Assembly: GCF_006345805.1 (NCBI RefSeq)
Contig: NW_021829175.1
Location: forward strand, 1-6,730
Length of the DNA stretch: 6,730 bases
Reading direction: 5' to 3'
Source of the DNA: Octopus sinensis
Lineage: Eukaryota
The position numbers and the translations under genes were made by a program. Shown in pieces: positions 1-6,730 of the stretch. The notes below the pieces were generated by a model. It was not told where the DNA came from. It ran no database searches and saw only the letters and a list, made by a program, of their open reading frames with translations. Numbering within the stretch: the stretch's first letter is position 1; every line of letters begins with the position of its first letter.

Positions 1-14
1 GGTACAGCAAGGGA

Positions 15-176
15 GATAGATTGAGGGAGAGAGAAAGAGAAAGAGAGAGAGAGAGAGAGGGATAGAGAGAGAAAGAGAGAAAGAGAGAGAGAAAGAGAGA
101 AAGAGAGAGGGAATTAGAGAGAGAAAGTGAAAGAAAAAGAAAGATAAAGACAGAGAAAGGGAGAATGAAAGAGGGG
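15..176. repeat. Polypurine (GA)n/(GAAA)n microsatellite tract
   Basis: Near-continuous gagagagaaagagaga... with very few pyrimidines on the + strand. Confidence 0.95.
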
Positions 177-941
177 GATATTCATGATGTTGGAGATACT
201 TTGTTATTAGGTGAGTCTATTAACCAAGCGATGGAGGCATATGAGACATTTATGAACAGAATATAAATAGCAGGAATATTTTGGTAGACTGTAGCTTTGA
301 GTAAATGTGAGTTTTAAGTAGGAAGTTTGTGATTTCTTTTGGCTGCAGTAAATACAGGTGACAGAGTCTGTTGAATTAGTTAAAAACTAACAGTACAAAT
401 AAACTACAGAAAACAAAAAACAAAGACTATATCGTTGTATGTACTTATTTCTTTCTCCACACAAACATCACATTTCAGAAACCTACAGATCACCATTCTT
501 GTTTTCCATAGCTGTCTACGGTCAACTATCAAATACATTTAATCAAAATATAAAATAACTCTGTCTCAGGCCTTTGAATTTATACCTTATTCCATGATTT
601 AAATATACTATTAGCGTTGCCCAAACGACGTTAGCATCTGTTCTAAAAGTTAAACAAATGTATGACCATGAACCATATGCAAAAATCATATTTAAAACGC
701 ACCAGTATTGCAACAACTATTTTGTTCTTGCTACAAAAGTCCCTGAAGTGTTCCACACCGTTCTGAAACAACAGGTTCAAGTAAGTTATTATGGTTAGGT
801 AAAATACAAATATTAACTATCTGTGTTTAGTGTAATCTAGTTTATGTGGGAATGTAAATAAATTTATCATATTTCACGAAGGACGTAATAAAGAATGAAT
901 AGTCTCAATGTCTGTGACACTAACAGGAATCTTCCGCAGAC

Positions 942-1005
942 ATAACTATATATATATATATGTATATATATATAATAACTATATATATATGTATATATAT
1001 ATATA
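942..1005. repeat. (TA)n microsatellite containing a ~33 bp tandem duplication
   Basis: ataact(at)n-gt-(at)n starts at 942 and again at 975. Confidence 0.9.
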
Positions 1006-1186
1006 TTTCTTTACTGCCCACAAGGGACTAAACATAGAGGGGACAAACAAGGGCAGACAAAGCGATTAAGTCAATTACATTGACCCCAGTGCGAAACTGA
1101 TAATTTATTTATCGACTCCGAAAGGATGAAAGGCAAAGACGACTTCGGCGGAATTTGAACTCAGAACGTAGCGACAGACGAAATGC
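1006..1186 (-). mobile_element. 5'-truncated tRNA-derived SINE (resembles octopus SINE families; exact family uncertain)
   Basis: The minus strand has a Pol III B-box GAGTTCAAATTCC (+ 1150-1162), then a central gcctttcatcctttcggagtcgataaat motif, and ends ...gtgggcagtaaagaaa at the (TA)n tract. No A-box is present. The family resemblance is from memory of Octopus repeats. Confidence 0.8.
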
Positions 1187-1187
1187 A

Positions 1188-1189
<2 letters not shown>

Positions 1190-1238
<49 letters not shown>
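1190..1238. repeat. (TA)n microsatellite
   Basis: About 20 perfect TA units followed by cacatatat. Confidence 0.95.
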
Positions 1239-1311
1239 TGCTCGATCAAATATCCTGGGGGTTAATTTGGGTTTCCTTGATGACAATGTAACCTTCATTT
1301 AACTAAGGTAT

Positions 1312-1371
1312 CCTCGGCCTGACGAGCACCTAGTGGCGTACCACTTGTTTGAATAGTTACTAGTTCCGAGG
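1312..1371 (+). ncRNA. Degenerate type I hammerhead ribozyme-like motif (PLE/retrozyme type)
   Basis: Stem I CCTCGG(1312-1317)/CCGAGG(1366-1371); core CTGACGA 1319-1325; stem II core AGTGG-cgta-CCACT (1332-1345); GAA 1351-1353; palindromic ACTAGT 1359-1364 followed by T. A 5-nt TAGTT duplication (1354-1358) interrupts GAAAC. Confidence 0.5.
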
Positions 1372-1600
1372 TTTCTGCCAGCTAGGTACCATATGTAGCC
1401 TGGATTTTACCACCTCCATTCCTTAAATATAATTTTCTATTCGCATACACAGCAACCCACGTTGCTAACCATCAACTATAAAATAAGTTTTTAGCTTATT
1501 GAACTACAATATGGGAAAAATTCACAAAGGTGATTTTTATGCCTTGTACGGACTGCTCGAATCTGATTAACTTCCTACACGTGGATCATTAGATCTAATC

Positions 1601-1603
<3 letters not shown>

Positions 1604-1641
<38 letters not shown>

Positions 1642-1675
1642 ACACACGTATATATATATATATATATATATATAT
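1604..1675. repeat. Compound (CA)n-(TA)n microsatellite
   Basis: About 21 CA units followed by about 13 TA units. Confidence 0.95.
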
Positions 1676-1677
1676 GA

Positions 1678-1769
1678 AGTGGAGGCGGGTGGCTTAGTGG
1701 TTAGCGTGTTGAACTCATGATCGTAAGGTTGTGGTTTCGATTCCTGGACTGGGCGATGTGTTGAGCAAA
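1678..1769 (+). mobile_element. tRNA-derived SINE head (Pol III internal promoter)
   Basis: A-box TGGCTTAGTGG at 1690-1700 and B-box-like GGTTTCGATTCC at 1733-1744 with tRNA-like spacing. The arms are too degenerate for a functional tRNA and the sequence runs into simple repeats. Confidence 0.8.
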
Positions 1770-1775
1770 CGTGCG

Positions 1776-1860
1776 TATATATATAGGTGTATACATCTCT
1801 CTATATATGAATATATGTAAATATAATAATAATAATAATAAAAATAATGATAATAATAAT
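1776..1860. repeat. TA-rich low complexity followed by an (AAT)n microsatellite
   Basis: tataataataataataaaaataatgataataataat at ~1824-1860. Confidence 0.85.
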
Positions 1861-1975
1861 GAAATTACTGTGTACATTGCCCAAGTGCACTGCATCGTAT
1901 CAAAGGTGAATGTACAGAACATACAATTATGCGCAAAGGTCATATATATGGTGTGTGTGTGTTTCTCCTTCAGAA

Positions 1976-2148
1976 CACTGCTTGAGAACCGGTGTTAATT
2001 TGTTTCACTTTTCATAAATTAGCAGTTCGGCAAAACAGGAACTTGACTTAAAATGAAGTACTGGGATAGACTAGTTCGACTAAAACCCTTCAAGCGGTAT
2101 CTTGGCAAGGCTGCAGTCCAATGACTGAAAAATGTAAAAGGTAAAAAG
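1976..2148 (+). mobile_element. SINE body / 3' region, same family as 6584-6730
   Basis: Shares ordered blocks with the reverse complement of 6584-6730: TTAGC(A/G)GTTCGGC(A/G)AAA, TTCGACT, GGC(T/C)GCAGT and AAT(G/A)ACTG(A/G)AA. Ends in an A-rich tail. Confidence 0.75.
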
Positions 2149-2154
2149 TGTGTC

Positions 2155-2192
2155 TGTGTATGTATATATATATATATATGTGTGTGTGTGTA
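2155..2192. repeat. (TA)n-(TG)n microsatellite
   Basis: tgtatgtatatatatatatatatgtgtgtgtgtgta. Confidence 0.9.
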
Positions 2193-2492
2193 CATAAAGT
2201 ATGGGGCTTTAGTTCACTGGGGATCTAAAGGATTATGTACGCTAGGTAAGTGCTGTAACGGTTCGCGTCTTTGTCTTGGGATGTCTTCTGTATCAGGACT
2301 TTAACCCACATGGATCTACGCAGGATTGCACCTAAGGACTCAGGCTACAGTTTCCATAACTTCGGAAAATTGAACTATGAAATTTTATGCTTCTTTTTTC
2401 TTCTTTCATTCCATCTCCTTATTCTTTTTCTCCCTTCCTCTATGCCGTCAACTTATTGATATATACCATTCTCACTTTCCATATCCCACTCC

Positions 2493-2558
2493 CAAGTTGT
2501 CTCAGATGACGGAATATCCCAAACCCGGGGATATCGTAGAAACAGCTGTAAGGTTTTG
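2493..2558 (+). ncRNA. Degenerate type I hammerhead ribozyme-like motif (Penelope-like element type)
   Basis: Core CAGATGA 2503-2509 (U4->A); stem II ATATCCC(2514-2520)/GGGATAT(2528-2534); GAAA 2539-2542; perfect palindrome ACAGCTGT 2542-2549; GUA triplet 2548-2550; weak stem I GTCT/AGGT. A pyrimidine-rich tract (~2390-2490) lies upstream. Confidence 0.55.
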
Positions 2559-2613
2559 AATTTCTTCCAATAATAATATTGTAATATGATTTGATATGTT
2601 GCCTGCCTTAAGG

Positions 2614-2669
2614 TTATATATATATATAATATATATATATATAATATATATATATATTATATATATATA

Positions 2670-2709
<40 letters not shown>

Positions 2710-3172
2710 TGTGCATGCATATATATTTATAATATATGTGTGTATATTTTGTATATATATAATATATATATATATGTTAACATACATACATATATATATA
2801 TATATACACACATACATATACATGCATACATGTATACATACATATATACATACACATACATATACATGCATACATACACACGCACATACACACACACACA
2901 CATATATATATATGTATGTATGCATGTATGCATGCAAGCATGTGTCTATGTATTTATTTGTCCGTTGCTTGTTTATCTGTATGTATGCATGTATGTATGT
3001 TTATATACATATATCTATATATCTATATCTACCTATCTATCTATCTATATATATATATATGTTATATCTGTATATATGTATACATATATATGCATATATA
3101 TATACATATATACATATATATACATATATACATATATATATACATAGATACATATATAGATGCATATATATG

Positions 3173-3200
<28 letters not shown>
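2614..3200. repeat. Large compound microsatellite ((TA)n, (TG)n, (TACA)n, (TATC)n)
   Basis: About 590 bp of almost uninterrupted simple repeats; source of several spurious ORFs. Confidence 0.95.
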
Positions 3201-3203
<3 letters not shown>

Positions 3204-3299
3204 ATAAGTTTAAGTTGAATAAGTTAGTTAAAGGTGATGCACCTTCTTAGAGCAGGTATTCACGTGAAGAAAACGGTTTTTGTATAAAGATATAATGCA

Positions 3300-3343
3300 T
3301 TCATTGATCAATTAAAAAATTCTTTGGAAACGGCTGTAATGAA
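3300..3343 (+). ncRNA. Decayed hammerhead-like motif related to 2493-2558
   Basis: Stem I TTCAT(3300-3304)/ATGAA(3339-3343); eroded core TGATCA; AATT-aaaa-AATT remnant of stem II; GAAACGGCTGTAA (3327-3339) differs at one base from GAAACAGCTGTAA (2539-2551). Confidence 0.45.
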
Positions 3344-3384
3344 CTGGCACCTATCCATCAATTGTTACTGTGTATACATTCCCC

Positions 3385-3720
<336 letters not shown>

Positions 3721-3730
3721 TTTCCTTAGA

Positions 3731-4316
3731 TGCTGTTTCGTTGGATTGATGAAATTGTGAATTCAGTAAAATCTGAGGACACAGACGCGAAATTTTTTTC
3801 CCACCGAGTACCGGACCCCAGTTATGAACTCACTTTTAATACAGCCAGAGCTCAACTATCAAACTAATTCATGAGCGCATAAGAAGCGATGGGCGATAAG
3901 ATAAGGTCACTTGGGTAAGGAATGACCAGGCTTCTTTTCCCTTTTAATAATGCCTGTTGTTCTCGTTTTTGTTTCAACCAAGGCTGCCTCTGCGTAGTTA
4001 TTTGTGTTGTTTACTTTTCAAAACAGTAAGGGGAGAGTGTTGCTACCATATTACCCTGGACCCACATTTTTCCCATCCACATCTTCACCATATGGGGCCA
4101 CATTAAAATTGGATAATAGGTACAGATGCAAATCTGTCTAATTCTAAATTCAGGCATAACTTGGCAATCGGTTGACTCACATTTTGAATACCAACCATTG
4201 TTAACTTCAGAACAATTTCAAGGTGAGCTCTGATTGGCTGCATGCAAATGAGTTCATTACTGGGGACCGGAACTCTCGTGGGATAAAAAGAATTTCGGGA
4301 CCATGACGAAACAGTG
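3731..4316. mobile_element. Imperfect inverted-repeat-bounded segment (possible MITE / non-autonomous DNA transposon relic)
   Basis: 3788-3854 aligns to the reverse complement of 4224-4297 (shared block accggaccccagttatgaactca vs tccggtccccagtaatgaactca). An outer CTGTTTCGT (3733-3741)/ACGAAACAG (4306-4314) pair also matches. No TSD or transposase ORF was found. Confidence 0.5.
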
Positions 4317-5124
4317 TGACTAACATGTTCCTCTTCGGTTAAAGACTGTAGATAAACAGTTCTGTTTCTGTTCAAGCCTTCGTTGATTTTATCCAAGTTC
4401 TACTGTGAAATTAATGTGACCTTATAAAGAAGTACTCGCCCCGTTGCGAATATACCGAAAGGCGGTCGACTGTGTCAAATGTGACTAGGATGAATGGAAC
4501 TACTCTAAACATGGAGCTTTTGCATGGTATACAAGAGTTGGGTGAGGGTTTGTGGTCAGGGCAAACTTGGATCTGAGGGGTTTCTTAAATATGAGGACAA
4601 CATCATAAATGAATTGCCGTATTTTGTATATATTGATACCTTTTATCTCATCCTCCTACCTGTCCCTTTCTTCTCTTCACTTTTATGTAATCATACATAG
4701 AGATACATGCTTCCTAAAATCTGTATATCTGTAAAGACGTTCTTAGAGTCTAAGCGGTTCCTGTGTGTGAATTCCTTTGAGTGGATAAAGAGTGGCGCAA
4801 AGCTCAACTCACTCCTTAGCACAATCAAACATAAAACCAGTTGCACGACTGCGGTTTAGACGACCAGAAGCCAAAGCAGTTCAGGTTCTTCTGATACAGG
4901 TTTACCTTCTCCTACAAAGGAGTTCTATCGGGAACTAAGTGTTGCTTCACTCTCATTTGTTCACATGCTTATAAGCCCATAGATGGGATTAAACATGTTC
5001 TGCAACTCCTGGTTAGACAGACCTGAGAACGATAATGGCTAAGAAGCACATCAGAACACTGGAGCTCTCGTCCCAGTGTCCACAACCGAATGCACATAAA
5101 AGCCACACCCAGGATAAATGTACA

Positions 5125-5348
5125 TTCATATATACATACATACATAGATACATACATACATACATACATACATACATACATACATACATACTTACATACA
5201 GGCAGACAGATAGAAATACATACCTGCTTACATATCTGCCTGTCTGCCTGCCTGTCTGTCTGCCTGTCTGTCAATCAATCAATCAATCAATCTATCTATC
5301 TATCTATCTATCTATGTATCTGTCTATCTATCTTTCTATTTATCTATC
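5125..5348. repeat. Compound tetranucleotide microsatellite (TACA)n-(CTGT/CTGC)n-(TCAA)n-(TCTA)n
   Basis: Successive tetranucleotide arrays read directly from the sequence. Confidence 0.95.
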
Positions 5349-5512
5349 AACTACTAGCGTTCGTTAAGGGCCGGATGAAAGGGTACTCAATGCCACAGTG
5401 CAGTGTATTATTTTAAATTTGAGTCAAATTAGTCTCTTGCTATTCTGATGTTTTTGCAGGTGTTTTCACAGTATCATCAAGCATTTCATAAATTATGTTA
5501 TGACGTACCTAT

Positions 5513-5713
5513 TATGTGTGTGTGCGTATGTGTGTGTATATATATATGTATATATTTGTATGTGTGTGTGTTTGTATATATATATATATATATGCAGATA
5601 TATACAAACATATATATATGTGTGTGTATATATATATATATACATACATATACATATAGATACATGCATGCGTACATACATATATATATATTATATACAT
5701 ATATATATATATA

Positions 5714-5766
<53 letters not shown>

Positions 5767-5909
5767 GGCATATGTATATTTATAATAATATACATGTGTA
5801 ATTATTATCAGCACTAATATAAATGCATGTATATACATGTATTTATATGAAATACACACACAGACACACAGACACAGACACACAAACACACACACACATA
5901 TATATATTT
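5513..5909. repeat. Compound (TG)n/(TA)n/(CA)n microsatellite
   Basis: Includes a long perfect (TA)n at ~5719-5759. Confidence 0.95.
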
Positions 5910-5937
5910 GTAAACGTAATATGTGACAATTATTCGG

Positions 5938-6011
5938 TAGCCATGATAAAACTCCGAGTTTCCGCTGTCGGTGTGGAAATCCACGCCGCCATCTCTTCAG
6001 TTATCCGGCCA
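5938..6011 (-). ncRNA. Type I hammerhead ribozyme candidate with intact catalytic core
   Basis: Minus strand reads UGGCC-G-GAUAA CUGAAGA [GAUGGCGGCGUGG-AUUU-CCACACCGACAGC] G GAA ACUC-G-GAGU U UUAUC-AU-GGCUA. This gives stem I GAUAA/UUAUC plus UGGCC/GGCUA, the core CUGAAGA, a G10.1-C11.1 closing pair, GAAA, a near-palindromic helix III and a GUU cleavage triplet. Confidence 0.7.
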
Positions 6012-6086
6012 TTTACAGATAGATCCCTCTTTTTACATAATATCGAGGTCTCTTTCAATCTTTTGTTATCTTACCATTTCTATCAA

Positions 6087-6203
6087 TATATATATATATA
6101 TATGTATGTGTGCGTGTATGTGTGTGTGTGTATGTGTGTGTGTGTGTGTGTGTGTGATGTGTTGTGTATGTGAGTAAGTGTGTGTGTGTGTGTGTTGTGT
6201 GTG
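6087..6203. repeat. (TA)n-(TG)n microsatellite
   Basis: atatatatatat followed by long tgtgtgtg runs. Confidence 0.95.
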
Positions 6204-6467
6204 TCTGCTGTATATCCACAATGCATGCACGCTGTGCATTGCCTCGCTAAGTAATATATTTGAATGTTGATAACATCATATATATGTCTGTGTGTTTGTC
6301 ATTCTGAACTTACGCATTCCTAGTTTCTTTTACATATTTTATTGAATGTGTAAATACTTTTCATCAAAGGATGTATATAATGAATATATGTAGGTATGAA
6401 TCTACGCATTTATCACTATATCTAAATATTTGTCTGCCTCTCTCTACTTAAATATTTGTCTTTTCCT

Positions 6468-6494
6468 CTATCTATCTATCTATCTATCTATCTA

Positions 6495-6537
<43 letters not shown>
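6468..6537. repeat. (TATC)n microsatellite
   Basis: About 16 TATC units with one interruption. Confidence 0.95.
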
Positions 6538-6583
6538 AACTACTCCGTTATATGTATCCCTTTATATACGTACGTATCTGTCC

Positions 6584-6730
6584 TTTTTTTCTTGTAATCG
6601 TTCCAGTTATTAAACTGCGGCCATTCTAGGTTATCACCTTAAAGAACTCCAGTCGAAGGAATCGACCTCACCACTTATTTTTTAATGCCTGGTACTTGTT
6701 CTGTCGGCTTTCTTTCGCCGAACCGCTAAA
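6584..6730 (-). mobile_element. SINE 3' region, truncated by the window edge
   Basis: The reverse complement (tttagcggttcggcgaaag...ttcgact...atggccgcagtttaataactggaa...aaaaaaa) is collinear with 2019-2130. The poly-T at 6584-6590 is the A-rich tail. Confidence 0.75.

Noticed and set aside
743-780. CTGAAGT...GAAAC...GTT hammerhead-like spacing
   Set aside because: A9 is substituted and neither stem I nor stem II can form.
1685-1760. Possible tRNA gene
   Set aside because: A and B boxes are present but the acceptor and anticodon stems do not pair properly and no T-run terminator follows; it is a SINE head.
1701-1998. ORFs 1701..1943 (-) and 1771..1998 (+)
   Set aside because: They span SINE sequence and the (AAT)n tract (poly-N/poly-L); no coding signature.
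2245-2251. Consensus splice donor AG|GTAAGT and, separately, a strong acceptor TTTTTGCAG|G at 5451-5460
   Set aside because: Neither has a convincing partner site or recognisable coding frame nearby; isolated sites are common by chance.
2506-2547. Peptide MTEYPKPGDIVETA with flanking cag| and |gtaagg, superficially like the PKPGDLIE motif of LRAT/HRASLS proteins
   Set aside because: Similarity stops after about 8 residues with no downstream HWA/NCEH motifs, and the sequence is better explained as a hammerhead stem II.
2502-3250. Six overlapping ORFs of 68-193 aa (YI/CV/HT repeats)
   Set aside because: They are translations of (TA)n/(TG)n/(TACA)n microsatellites, which lack stop codons in several frames.
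3773-3800. CTGAGGA...CGAAAT hammerhead-like spacing
   Set aside because: No stem II closing pair and no helix III or cleavage triplet.
3730-3867. AG acceptor followed by a 45-codon frame MLFRWIDE...
   Set aside because: No good donor, no recognisable homology, and it overlaps the left inverted-repeat arm.
4103-4396. 97-aa non-repetitive ORF on the minus strand
   Set aside because: TTG start directly after an in-frame stop, no recognisable domain, and it overlaps the inverted-repeat arm whose partner is frameshifted relative to it.
4743-5042. 100-codon frame with two internal stops in unique sequence
   Set aside because: No RT, endonuclease or transposase motif recognised; cannot be called a pseudogene from sequence alone.
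5394-5400. CACAGTG (RSS/Transib heptamer)
   Set aside because: No nonamer at 12/23 spacing and no partner terminus; a chance 7-mer.
4969-6177. ORFs of 62-127 aa across 4969-6177
   Set aside because: Dominated by microsatellite-derived low-complexity peptides; the non-repeat portions resemble no protein I recognise.

Overview
Non-coding eukaryotic genomic DNA: AT-rich, with roughly a third of the window in simple repeats ((GA)n, (TA)n, (CA/TG)n, (TACA)n, (TATC)n). The repeat content and the tRNA-derived SINE fragments resemble my recollection of Octopus/coleoid cephalopod genomes. That taxonomic call is inference, not a database result. No protein-coding gene can be supported, and almost all supplied ORFs are read-throughs of microsatellites. 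The window holds four SINE fragments and a ~590 bp segment bounded by an imperfect inverted repeat (possible MITE-like relic). The most notable signal is a set of type I hammerhead-ribozyme (HHR)-like motifs with palindromic helix III, the architecture known from Penelope-like elements and retrozymes. One has an essentially intact catalytic core (5938-6011, minus), three are decayed but recognisable (1312-1371, 2493-2558, 3300-3343, plus), and one is weak (6311-6375, minus). All structures were read by eye; none were folded computationally or searched against databases.
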